Made by a program: the position numbers and the translations under genes
Notes under the pieces: model-generated
The model's input: the letters and a program-made list of their open reading frames with translations, nothing else
Told to the model about the DNA's origin: nothing
The model's database searches: none
Origin: Torpedo marmorata
Lineage: Eukaryota
Direction of reading: 5' to 3'
Assembly (NCBI GenBank): GCA_977017645.1
Contig: OZ360245.1
Span: forward strand, 26,226,001 to 26,290,000
DNA length: 64,000 bases
In this document: one piece after another, positions 51,596 to 62,959 of the stretch
Position numbering within the stretch: the stretch's first letter is position 1
How the letters are laid out: every line of letters starts with the position of its first letter

Positions 51596-52067
51596 GACCA
51601 CATGGCCCTGTCAAGGGCTCGGATTGCGAAAGGTAGCCTGAAGAACAGCAAAGAAGATAAAAATTATCAAGAGAAAGAATGGAATGAATAAGGAAATTAG
51701 GAAGAAGCAGAAAAGGTTTTCAGGTCAAGCTGCTGAGAGGAATTAAAACATATCATATATTTTTACAAAGTACACGCTGAAGTTTAGAGAGGATTGTGTC
51801 ATGCCTGTTCTGTTGGGAGCTCTTCTGTTCGACTTCAACTTTACCCGGTTAGACTGAGTCAATCATGTCGGGATGAATTCATACCAGTTGTGAAATTGGA
51901 CCAGGCACTTTCTGGCAGTATTCAGATTCACAAGACTGACCTTTGCCTGGAAACATGCACATGTCTATTGACATCATCGTTTATGCATCACTCACTTCTG
52001 GCTTTACCAACAGAAACTGGAGTAAAAAAATCTCCAGATAAACACAAACACTGCAGATGCAGGGATC

Positions 52068-52905
52068 TTTTTTTTTTTTTTTTAATAATTTTATTTAAAT
52101 TTTAAATCACAAAATACATGAATCAAAAATAGTATATCATTTAAAATACATGTGATATATTACCTCCCCCCCTCCCACCCTCCCCTCCCCAACCCCCCTA
52201 GCACTATTCTAAAAAAAAAGAAGAAAACAAAAAGAATGTTAGTTATAAAGAAAAAAAAAGAAAAGAGTTGAATAATAAAGAATTAAAGAGTTAAAGTGAG
52301 GAGAAAACAAATTACAAGCTAATTCTATTTATATATTGGAGGTTATTTTTGCCAGCGGTACCAACTTCTAGAGAATTAATTCATACCCATAATTCTCATA
52401 TATGGGCTCCAAATTTTCAAAAAGAAATGATATTTATCATGTAAATTATATGTAATTTTTTCCAATGGTATACAAGAACGTAATTCTGCATGTAATCTAT
52501 CTAAACTCAAATCTAAATCTGATTTCCAAGTAATAGCAATACATTTTTTTGAAACCGCTAAAACAATTCGTAAAAATTCTATTTGATACATATTCAATCT
52601 ATTTCTAATACTAAATTTTTTAATATCTCCAAATAAAAATAACATAGGGTCCATTGGAACCGTAATATTAAAAATTCTATCCAAAAAATCCTTAACTTTA
52701 GACCAAAAATTTTGAATTTTTAAACATGACCATGTACAGTGTACAAAAGAACCTATTTCATCCCTACATCTAAAACACATATCTGATAGTGCCGGATTAA
52801 ATTTCTTTAATTTTTTAGGTGTTAAATATAATTGATGAAAAAAATTATATTGTACTAATCTATATCTAACATTAATAATTTTGGTCATACTCAATTTACA
52901 TAATT
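52068..52905 (-). mobile_element. 5'-truncated L1 with poly(A) and 16-bp TSD CAGATGCAGGGATCTT
   Basis: TSD at 52054-52069 and 52906-52921; ORF 52376..52894 has the zinc knuckle CFRC...HCTWSC; inserted in a Penelope terminus. Confidence 0.95.
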
Positions 52906-53041
52906 CAGATGCAGGGATCTTGAGTGAACAAAGAGAAGCTGGAGGGAGTCAGCAGGTCAGGCAGCGTACAGGGCGAGAAATGGTCAGCCAATGTTTTGGG
53001 TCGGGACCCTTAGTCTCCACACTGTAACTGTTGTGGAATAA

Positions 53042-53266
53042 GGATGGCACGGTTAGCGCATCACTGTTACAGCGCCAGTGACCCGGGTTTGAATCTGGAG
53101 CTGTTTGTAAGGTGTTTGTACATTCTCCCTGTGTCTGTGTGGGTTTGCACCGGGTGCTCCGTCTTCCTCCCACCCTTCAAAACGTACAGGGGTTGTAGGT
53201 TAGTAATTGGGCAGCACGGGCTCATGGGCCAGAAGGGCCTATCACTGTGCTGTATCTCTAAAATTA
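53042..53266 (+). mobile_element. V-SINE copy
   Basis: Same family. Confidence 0.85.
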
Positions 53267-54127
53267 AAAAATATATAAAATACAACAAGGAACTGTGGTG
53301 CTAGTTTGTCATTTTTATTTTGCTATTTAAAGGGGACTCTGCAGATGTTGGGGACATGACTGGCTACTTTTGGAGCAACTGTAGACTGATCAAACAATTG
53401 CCCCAGTTCCCAGAGAGTGCCTAAATGTAACAGTGAATACTGTTCTCAACATTTACTTTGAGAAACTTATGCAAGTGGTGCCACAGTTGTAACATCTCTG
53501 GTAGCACTTGATTGTTGGATGTGTGATTGTGGCCATCCTGACACTATGGGGAACTAACAACAGGAAGGATCTACTGGTAGATAAATTTCTGTATTGATGT
53601 GTATTATGCTGTCTGACGAAGATAGCTTAATACAATTAACTTTCTGGGCCAGAATCTCAGTCTGTTTAGTACTGACAGCATCAACAGAATTTGTGCTGGA
53701 GTCTGGGGTAGGAATTGAACCTGCAACCTTCTGAATCAGCAGTGAGATGGCTACCCATTGAGCCACAGCTGTTTACTAGAAGCAGGCTAATGAATATGAC
53801 AGTTAATTTTATCTTTGTGTGAGAGTCTAAACGGGTATAAACAATTCCTCTCTTCTGGTTTTTATTTTCAGGAGTTAAAATTACCCTGAAATTTTTAAAT
53901 GTAAAACAGTCAGCCATTGTTTTATATGGCGATGTAACTTGTGACCTTCATTGGCAAGGCAGAGTAAAGGATGGGAGATGTGGTAAGTAGACCAACATGG
54001 CTCGGTGGGTCAAGGGTTATTTGGAGGGTGATTGTGGAGAAATTAAGGATTTGGTTGGGGGCAATGATCAATGACGGTGGAAGAGTCCCACTCACATCAG
54101 CTCTGTAAAATCATTTACCCCTTAGTG

Positions 54128-54167
54128 GGAAGAGAAAGAGAGAAAGCGAGAGGGGGAGAGAGAGAAA

Positions 54168-54199
<32 letters not shown>

Positions 54200-54223
54200 A
54201 AGCAAGAGAGGGAGAAAGAGAGA
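54128..54223. repeat. Imperfect (GA)n tract
   Basis: Direct inspection. Confidence 0.9.
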
Positions 54224-54844
54224 AAATTGTGCCACATAACACAGCAGCTGACCTATTCCGAAGCAGGTGTACAGCACTGAGACTCGGGAGAATAGGCCAA
54301 CCTTGTAGATGTGTAGACTTTCCTATCATTCATACTGAGCACACACTGAAATACCCTTGTACAGAAACACATACTCAGATTCCGTTTTCTATGACCAGGT
54401 TTAAACACATCTCCCATCTCTTAAGAGAAATGCTACACTCATCACTGCAAAGACCTGACATTTCAGGTCACATGAAGGCAGGTATGGGTACTGCTGTGAA
54501 TGGCTGCACTACTGGATGTGAATTGGCAACCTCCAGCATCCTGCTGATAACATGCAAATGGAAAACGTGCTAAATTAAATAATAGCTGTTAGCACAATTA
54601 GAAACCCTTCCCCAGGAGAGCACTCAATAACATTTGATCTGTTTAATAAAAAAGGATTGTTCAAGATTAGTGTTTTACTTACTGCATAACCCACATCGAG
54701 TTATATTGCTTCAACTACATGCTACAGTGGCGTGTCAGCATCATTGTTGGTTAAGGTGATGAATCACAAAAGCAATCGGGATCATTTTAACCTAACTTGC
54801 TAGGCAGGCAGGTGATAAGGTTGGGAAGAATGATAGACTTTTGA

Positions 54845-55280
54845 AGTAAAACACGAAAATCTGTAAACACCGTGGTTGAAGTAAAAAACACAAATGCTGG
54901 AGAAACTCAGCAGGTCAAGCAGTGTCTTTTATGTAGCAAAGGTAGAAATACATAACCGACGTTTCGGGCTTGAGCCCTTCATCAAAGTATGAGAAAATGC
55001 CGGCAGGCGTCCGAACAAAGGAGTGAGGGGGGGAAGGGAGATGGCAAAGGCAGGAGATGATAGGTGGAGAAAGGAGGGAGGGGACAGCAGCAAAGAGGGG
55101 GAGGAGGGATGGCTAGGTAGCTGGAGAAAAACAGGAAGGACAGGTGAGGGGGGAAGGGAAGGGAACGACAAGCAGGTTTAGTGGAAAGCAGAAAAGTCAA
55201 TGTTAATGCCATCTGGCTGGAGAGTGCCGAGACGGAATATAAGATGTTGTTCCTCCAATTTGCGGGTAGTCTGGGTGGTC
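54845..55280 (-). mobile_element. Penelope-like element 3' end
   Basis: Minus strand encodes TRKLEEQHLIFRLGTLQPDGINIDF, followed by the pLTR. Confidence 0.88.
54951..54991 (-). ncRNA. Minimal hammerhead-ribozyme-like motif (best copy)
   Basis: CATACT-TTGATGA-A-GGGC-TCAA-GCCC-GAAA-CGTC-GGTTATG; GUC triplet and self-complementary ACGT. Confidence 0.65.
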
Positions 55281-55338
55281 TTATGTCCTGTCCATTGACT
55301 TCGATGGAGAGTAAACCTGGGGAGATTGCTGTTAAAGA

Positions 55339-55426
55339 GTTGGGGATCTCATCCAGAACTCACCGAACATGCACAATTTCAAGCAAGTGTCAATTGATTC
55401 CCATCAGGAATGGAAACCCTGATGCA
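55339..55426 (+). repeat. 88-bp local duplication, copy 1
   Basis: 87/88 identical to 56193-56280. Confidence 0.95.
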
Positions 55427-55614
55427 CATCAGTGCTGGATGCAGTGTTGCTGCAGCTGAGAAGCCCTTGATGTTAACCCATCAACGTTTGGGTTAAAATT
55501 GTTCTCAAAGTTTTAGAGGCTCTTAGCATTCAGTTTTCATTACGTTGTGATTATATTTTTTATTTATTTTGCTCCCATATTTCCTCTTGCTCCTCGTCTC
55601 CAGCAACTGACTGA

Positions 55615-56034
55615 CTGACAGGACAAGAATAAACTCCAGAGGGTTGTTAACTCGGCCTGTGACATCACAAGCACCAAACTTCACTCCATCGAGAACATCT
55701 ACATGAGGCAGTGTCTTAAAAAAGCAGCCTCTATCCTCAAAGACCCCCACCACCCAGGCCATGCCCTCTTCACTCTGCTTCCATCGGGAAAAAGGTACAG
55801 GAGCCTAAAGACGAGCACTCAACGGCACAAGGACAGCTTCTTCCCCGCTGCCATCAGATTCCTGAATAATCAATGAACCAAAGACACTGCCTTACTTTTC
55901 GTGCACTATTGTTTATAATTTTTTTATAGTAATGTCGTTAGATGGTTAATATGAATGTTAATTGCACTATGACGCTGCCGCAAAACACCGAATTTCATGA
56001 CTTGTTCATGACAATAAATTCTGATTCTGATTCT
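55615..56034 (+). mobile_element. Rex1-type 3' fragment
   Basis: Nearly identical to 56890-57296; (ATTCTG)n tail. Confidence 0.88.
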
Positions 56035-56192
56035 ATTTGAAAAGGAGGAACATAAAAAAAAGTTCAGAGGACGATTTGGGTTGAGAGGAAAATTAGTTCC
56101 AATAGACAGGCACATACAGTGGGATCTCCAACTGTACTGCAACTTGTGTCTTAAACTGTTCTTCATGTGCAAATCTAGGTGCAGGAGTTAGG

Positions 56193-56280
56193 GTTGGGGA
56201 TCTCATCCAGAACTCACCGAACATGCACAATTTCAAGCAAGTGTCAATTGATTCCCATCAGTAATGGAAACCCTGATGCA
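56193..56280 (+). repeat. 88-bp local duplication, copy 2
   Basis: 87/88 identical to 55339-55426; TGCAGGAGT at both junctions. Confidence 0.95.
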
Positions 56281-56289
56281 GGAGTCATG

Positions 56290-56545
56290 GAGTTTTACAG
56301 CACAGAAACAGGCCCTTCAGCCCATCTTGTTCACACCGACCAAGTTGTCCAATCACACGAATCCCATTTGCCTGTATTACACTCATATCCCTCTAAACTT
56401 TTCCTATCTATGTACCTGTCTAAATGTCAAATTGTACCCATCTCTATCACTTCCTCTGGCCGCTTGCTCCATTTACCCACCACCTTCTGTGTGAGAAAGG
56501 TGCCTCTCAGATTCCTTTTAAATATTCTCGCCCTCACCTTCAATC
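56290..56545 (-). mobile_element. CR1 3' end remnant
   Basis: TACAGCACAGAAACAGGCCCTTCAGCCCA antisense tail. Confidence 0.75.
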
Positions 56546-57296
56546 GTTGAGTGGTGTCATGCCAACAACCTTGCGTTCAACGTTAGCAAAACCAAGGAGA
56601 TGATTGTGGACTTCAGGAGGAAGTCAGGGGAACACGACCCAGTCCTCATCGATGGCTCAGTACTGGAGAGGGTCAAGAACTTCAAATTCCTGGGTGTCAA
56701 CATTTCGAGGATCTGTCCTGGAGCCTCCGTGTCGATGCAATCACGAAGAAGGCTCGCTAGTGGCTATACTTTGTGAGGTGTTTGAGGAGATTCGGTATGT
56801 CACCGAAGACTCTTGAAAACGTCTACAGGTGTACCGAGGAGAGCATTCTGGCTGCTTGCATCACTGCCTGGCATGAGGCGCCAACTCTCAGGACAAGAAA
56901 AAACTCGAGGGTTATTAACTCGGCCTGTGACATCACAGGCACCAGACTTCACTCCATCGAGGACATCTACACGAGGCGGTGTCTTAAAAAAGCAGCCTCT
57001 ATCCTCAAGGACCCCCACCACCCAGGCCATGCCCTCTTCACTCTGCTTCCATCGGGGAAAAGGTACAGGAGCCTAAAGACGAGCACTCAACGGCACAAGG
57101 ACAGCTTCTTCCCCGCTGTCATCAGATTCCTGAATAATCAATGAACCAAAGACACTGCCTTACTTTTTCATGCACTATTTTTAAAATTTATTGCTGTAAG
57201 GTGGTGTATATGAATGTTTGCACTATGATGCTGCTGCAAAAAACCGAATTTCGTGACTTGTTCATGACAATAAATTCTGATTCTGATTCTGATTCA
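56546..57296 (+). mobile_element. Rex1/Babar 3' fragment
   Basis: ORF 56773..57144 has ILKDPHHPGHALFTLLPSGKRYRSL; tail AATAAATTCTGATTCTGATTCTGATTC. Confidence 0.9.
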
Positions 57297-57479
57297 GAAT
57301 CTACATCATCTAATTTTAGATTCTCCTACCTTGAGAAAAGCCTATGACTATTTACCTTATCATTGGCACTCCCGATTTTATAAACTTCTTCAAGGTCCTC
57401 CCCTCCGTCTCCTACACTTTTAACACTTCTGACAGTGATAGATGATCAGCCATAATATAGGTGTGATTTTTTTTCCCCC

Positions 57480-57636
57480 CATGGAGTCCTACAGTACGGA
57501 ACAGGTCCTTCAGCTCAGTTCATCCATGCTGACCAAGCTGGTGTTCTGGGCTCATCCCACTTGCCTGTATTTGGCCCATATCTTTCTCAACCTTTCCAAT
57601 CTAAATATCTGTCCAAATGTCTTTTGAATGGTTGTG
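57480..57636 (-). mobile_element. CR1 3' remnant, continuing at 62913-62959
   Basis: Colinear with 56290-56480 when the MITE and Gypsy are removed. Confidence 0.7.
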
Positions 57637-57823
57637 CAGTAAACCCCTTGGTATCCGGCACCTAGAGGGATTGGTAGATGCCGGATAAGTGAATTTTGCG
57701 TGTTGCATGATTGGCGAAATAATGGTGAGGCACACCAATTTTAAACTTCCATATTTTTTACCTATTTATTTTCTACGATTTTTTTGCCGGTTGCTTGAAT
57801 TCCGGATAACAGGGAATTTATTG
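57637..57823. mobile_element. Tigger-like MITE
   Basis: Imperfect TIR CAGTAAACCCCTTGGTATCCGG / CCGGATAACAGGGAATTTATTG followed by TA; second copy at 34578-34777. Confidence 0.8.
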
Positions 57824-57829
57824 TACTCT

Positions 57830-58155
57830 TGTCGCGGTCGCACACTTACCTGCGTCGGGAGAGGTGCCGGTCGCCGCCGATGATGTAATCGAAGCGACGC
57901 GCGGGAGTAATAGCGTGCACGCGTGGGTTAATTAAGCAGTCAGTATACGGGTGATGGATCTCGGACGCAGGAGGAGGAGAGTGAGAGCGTCAGGATCATC
58001 CATGTGGCGGTGAGTCAATGAGAAGGTCAGAGGGATTTGGCTGCGTGGTGTTTGGGGAGCTGAAGAATGCAGTGTTGTGTCTGAAGGGAATAAAAAAAAT
58101 CAACTCCATTTTATTCTTTAATTGTGTGTAAACTGGGTAGATCAGTGATGTTACA
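57830..58155 (+). repeat. Gypsy 5' LTR
   Basis: TGTCGC...GTTACA; direct repeat of 62567-62912 with many CpG transitions. Confidence 0.95.
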
Positions 58156-58157
58156 AG

Positions 58158-58170
58158 TGGTGACTCCGTG
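58158..58170 (+). promoter_or_regulatory. Primer-binding site (tRNA-Trp-like)
   Basis: TGGTGACTCCG, 2 nt after the LTR; the Trp PBS begins TGGTGACCCCG. Confidence 0.7.
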
Positions 58171-58202
58171 AGTTCAAAGCACCTTCTAGTTTAAAATGGA
58201 TA

Positions 58203-59050
58203 GTGATGAGGATAAACCCCTTACAGGAGCAGTCGGGGAGGACAAACTGGAGATTCCTTCCCCTTTTTATTAATAATGCACCAGCGTGGTTCACGATCCT
58301 CGAGGCACGTTTCTTCACCCTCAGTGTGACAAGTCAGAAGACGAAATACGGTTTACTTGTGGCGCGTCTTCCAGAGCAGATTGCCTGTGAAGTGGAGGAT
58401 GTCTTAGTGGATCCGGATTGTAATCTCCTATACGACATGCTTAGGGCGGCTATTCTGCGGTGTACTCAGCCATCTAGGGAGACTCGTATTGCCCAATTTA
58501 TAGCTGATGACAGCCGAGGCGATAGGCAGCCGTCACAGATGTTGAGGAAATGGCGCAGGCTAGCTGGAACAGACCCTGTGGAAGGGGACTTTTGGAAACA
58601 GAGGTTCCTTCAATGTTTACCTCGTCATGTTCAAGACATTTGGTGAGTGTCTTTCGGATGTCCACCCTTGTTCAGTTGGCGGATCATGCCGACCTCGTTA
58701 TGTCCTCAACCTTTGCAATGAAGATAGAAGGATTGGCTTCTTCCCCGAGTCAGCAGGAGCAAAATGGAGCTGGAACAACTGCTTACTGCACCTTGTGAAA
58801 CGCCAGCACCTTCTCAATCGAAGATAGCGCCAGCACCTTATCAATCGAAGATAACTGAGTTGGAGCAGCAAATGGCAGCACTGACTACGCAGGTCCAGGC
58901 TTTTGGCACGAAACGGAACTCCTTCCGTCGACCTGGTTGGAATCGTGGTGGTCGAGGACGTGGTAGAGGCGATGGGCGGCGTATTTGTTGGAAGCATCAG
59001 AGATTTGGTGCTGCCGCCTAGTGCTGTCAGCCACCTTGCGACTTCTACAA
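58203..59050 (+). pseudogene. gag: Gypsy gag remnant
   Basis: PAWFTILEARF, GDRQPSQMLR, C-terminal CWKHQRFGAAA*CCQPPC knuckle; frameshifts; 27-bp tandem duplication at ~58800-58853. Confidence 0.88.
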
Positions 59051-62000
59051 ATGGCAGCCGGGAAACAACCAGGCCTGGCAGTTGTGGCAACTGCTGCCCA
59101 TGGGCACGTCGGCCACCGTCTCTTCCTCAAAGACCGTCTCTCGGGTGTTCAATTTCTTGTTGATTCCGGTGCAGAGATTTCTGTGGTCCCTCCAACCCCT
59201 GAGGAACGCAGACACCCTAATATGTCATGTGCTCGTTCAGCCGCGAATGATTCTCATATTCAAACATATGGCCAGAGGTCACTCACATTAGATTCCAGTC
59301 TCAACAAACCTTTTCAGTGGGTTTTCACAGTTGCAAATGTCGCAAATTCCATTTTGGGAGCGGATTTCTTGTCACATTTTTCTTTGTTGGTGGATTTGAA
59401 AAATCACTGTCGTGGACCGCAGCTCTTGTATGCAAGTTAGCTGCATCTGTCGTCCCTCCAATGTCATCAGCTGCCTGACGAACCTTCAACCTGGCTCCTG
59501 CCGATTCCGAGCTTTGCTCAAGTGCTTCCCTCTCCATACAGAAAGTAAACATGCAGTTACCCACCACATAGAGACTCGGGGTCCTCCGGTTGCAGTGCGG
59601 GCTTGTAGATTACCTCCGGACCATTTTAAAATCGCGAAAGCAGAAGTCGACCACGTGCAAGAGTTGGGCATAGTCCGCAGATCTGACAGCTGCTGGGCAT
59701 CATCGTTGCATATGGTTCCAAACAAATCTCCTGGGGATTGGTGGCCTTGTGGTGATTATCGTGCCCTGAACAATTCCACCGTGTCTGATCGATACAACAT
59801 TCCCAATTTACAAGACTTCTCAGCAAACCTCCAGGGCAAACGTGTATTTGCGAAAATAGATCTAGTACGGGCTTACTATCAGATTCCAGTTGAGCTTTCT
59901 GATGTCGCGAAGATGGCAGTAATTACCCCTTTCGGCATGTGTGAGTTTCTGCAAATGCCATTCGGTCTACGGAATGCAGCTCAGACATTCCAGCGGTTTA
60001 CGGACCACGTACTCGCCGGCCTCGATTTTGTGTTTGTTTTCATCGACAATATTCTTGTCGCGAGCGTGGATGAAGAGGAGCACAAGTGCCACCTTATCTC
60101 ATTTTTTCAGAGACTTGATGAATGTGGCATTGTGATCAATCCCAGTAAATGCGTTTTTGGTGCTGCTGATGTTATATTTTTGGGACAAAGTTACGCAACA
60201 TCGTATTTTGCCTGATGAATCGAAAGTGCGAGAGATTAGAGTGTTTCCTACACCCGTTACGCTTGACATTTTTTAGGCATGATGAATTTCTATCTGTGAT
60301 AAACCACTGTATATAACTGTATATATGTTTGTAGTCGTCTGGACACGCCCCTTACTGACTGTACCTGTGGCTCCTCCCACAGACCCCTGAATAAAGGTCA
60401 TTGTGCCACAGCTCCCTCCACAGTCCAGGACAGACGATCACCAGGAATGTGCATCCATTCCGATGTAAATAAAAGCCTATCAGTTCCTACCTAACTTCTA
60501 GTCTTTTGGAGTTATTGATGGTGCATCAATTTTATTTACATTGGAGTTGATGCTCATTCCTGGTGGTCGTCCATCCTGGACTGGGGAGGGAGCTGTGGCA
60601 CAATGGCCTTTATTCAGAGGTCTGTGGGAGGAGCCACAGGTACAGTCAGTAAGGGGCGTGTCCAGACGACTACAAATATATATACAGTTATATACAGTGG
60701 TTTACCACACTATCATCATTTCCTGCTGAATGCCGCAGCATCTCTATTACCCCTAAAAGGATCCGATAAGTCCGTTTCCAAAAGACCATTAACTTTGGGA
60801 GATGATGATGTGCGTGCTTTCAACGATGTGAAGACTGCGCTTGCGAATGCCACAATGCTTGTACATCAAAAGCCCAACACCTTGTTCTCTCTTACCACAG
60901 ATGCGTCTGTCAGTGCTGTGGGAGCAGTGTTAGAACAATGAGTACGTGGGCAATTGGAACCTCTGGCGTTTTTTTCAGCCAAGCTGTAGTATGTTTGGTC
61001 GAGAACTCTTAGCCATCTATCTTGCAGTGAAACATTTCCGCTTTTTATTGGAAAGTCGTCCTTTCACCATTTATACAGACCACCAGCCTCTTACGCATAC
61101 CGCGAGTACAAGCGCACATCTCTACTCGCCCCGAGAAATTCAGCACTTGGACTTCATCTTACAATTTTCATCTGACATACGGCACATCCGAGGGAAAGCA
61201 AATGCCGTGGCCGACGCCCTGTCCAGGCGCGACATTGATGCCTTACATACGAATACTGCTATTGATTTCACAGCCATGGCTCGTGCACAGCACACTGATC
61301 CCGATCTCATCCGGTATCGTCGGATCAACTCTGGTCTCCATCTTCAAGATGTGACCCTGGATGAATCGGGTGAGGTGGGAGATTTTTGAGTATCTTCATG
61401 ATCTATTTCATCCTGGTAGAAGAGCATCAATCAAACTAGTTATGGAAAGTTTTACCTGGCCTCGTGTTAAACGGGATGTTGGATTATGGGCAAGGACCTG
61501 CTTGCCGTGTCAACGCTCTAAAGTCTCCAGACACACAAAATCCAAGCTGGGGAATTTTGTTTTACCAGATTCCCGTTTCCAGCACGTGTACCTGGACTCG
61601 GTAGGCCCGCTTCCGCCATCTCAGGGATATACTTATCTGCTCACGTGTGAGGACCAGACTACCAGGTGGCAGGAAGCCATTCCTATCACTGACATCTCTG
61701 TGGAGACGGTCGCACGGGCTTTCGTGGATTGTTGGATTCCATCTTTCGGTGTTCCGGGCACTATTACGATGGACCGAGGGTCTCAGTTCGAGTCGGCGTT
61801 GATCCGAGCTCTCACTGATCTTTTGGGCACTACCCGTATTCGCACTACAGCTTACCATCCGCAGGCCAATGGCCTCGTTTAGCGTTTCCATTGACAATTG
61901 AAGGCAGCGTTAACAGCAGGTGGCGATGCATCTACTGTATGTGGAGCAAATGTTTGCCCATGGTTTTCCTTGGTGTGCGTACTGTTGTAAAGGCAGATCT

Positions 62001-62380
62001 TGGATGTTCAGCAGCAGAGCTAGTATATGGCACTACGTTGACCATGCCCGGTGAGTTTGTGAATCTGAGTCCAGGGACAACGCTCTATGATCCGGCGAGT
62101 TATGTCGATCGTCTTCGGGCAAACATGAGATTACTCCAACCTACTCCAGCAGCATTATGCCGAAGGAACACGTGAGTACAGTGTATGTGCCGGATGATTT
62201 ACAACGCTGCACTCACGTGTTCCTTTGGAATAATGCTGTTCGCAAACTACTTCAGCCCGTTTACGATGGTCCTTTTCAGGTCTTACGACGCCACCTAAAG
62301 ATTTTGTGATTGAGAGGAATGGAAAAGCTGACACGGTTTCCATCGACAGGTTGAAGCCGGCGTATATCGACGGTCCATGT
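59051..62380 (+). pseudogene. pol: Gypsy pol remnant (PR-RT-RNase H-INT)
   Basis: FLVDSGAEISV, KIDLVRAYYQIP, MPFGLRNAAQTFQR, FIDNILV (YxDD decayed), TDASVSAVGAVL, RELLAIY, CLPCQRSK, TMDRGSQFES, TAYHPQANGLV; stops, frameshifts and a nested insertion. Confidence 0.95.
60295..60709. mobile_element. Fold-back LTR insertion (complete LTR + inverted partial LTR), 5-bp TSD CTATC
   Basis: CTATC at 60290-60294 and 60710-60714; 60295-60528 is a full LTR homologous to 2348-2592; 60530-60709 is the reverse complement of its first ~180 bp; removal restores pol GMMNFYHHFLLNAA. Confidence 0.93.
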
Positions 62381-62554
62381 TCTGCTTCGGGGCCAGAGTT
62401 GGAGGACCAGTCGCACCCTTGTCAGTAGGTCCGTACATCGCCTGTCTTGCACTATCGTACGAGGTCGGGCCGAACTATCAGCCCTCCAGACTGTTACGTA
62501 GCAGGACAGATCCATTCGGTCGCTTCCTTGCATGGCTCGGAGGCTGGTGGGGTG

Positions 62555-62565
62555 GTGGGGGGGAG
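62555..62565 (+). promoter_or_regulatory. Polypurine tract
   Basis: G-run + AG just before the 3' LTR. Confidence 0.75.
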
Positions 62566-62566
62566 C

Positions 62567-62912
62567 TGTTGCGGTCGTGTACTTACCTGCATCGAGAGCG
62601 GGCTGGTCACCACTGATGACATAAACGAAGCGACGCGCGGGAGTAATAGTGCGCATGTGCGGGTGTGTTAAGCGTCAGCATACGTGTGATGGATCCCGGA
62701 CGCAGGAGGAGGAGAGTGAGAGCGTCAGGATCACCCGTGTGGCGTGAGCCAATGAGAAGGTCAGAGACGTTTGGCTGGGTGGTGTTTGGGGAGATGAAGA
62801 ATGCAGTTTTGAGTCTGAAGAGAATAAAAAAGTCGACTCCATTTTATGCTGAAGGAAACGAGTGATTGTATTCTTTAATTGTGGGTACACATGGTAAATC
62901 AGTGATGTTACA
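62567..62912 (+). repeat. Gypsy 3' LTR
   Basis: TGTTGC...GTTACA; ~22 bp present here but absent from the 5' LTR. Confidence 0.95.
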
Positions 62913-62959
62913 CTCTCTTCCATGGCTTCCTCTGGCAGCTTATTCCAGATATGGACCAC

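Larger units (their letters stand above)
57830..62912 (+). mobile_element. Full-length decayed Ty3/Gypsy LTR retrotransposon, 4-bp TSD CTCT
   Basis: Two LTRs, PBS, PPT, gag-PR-RT-RH-INT order; CTCT at 57826-57829 and 62913-62916. Confidence 0.97.
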
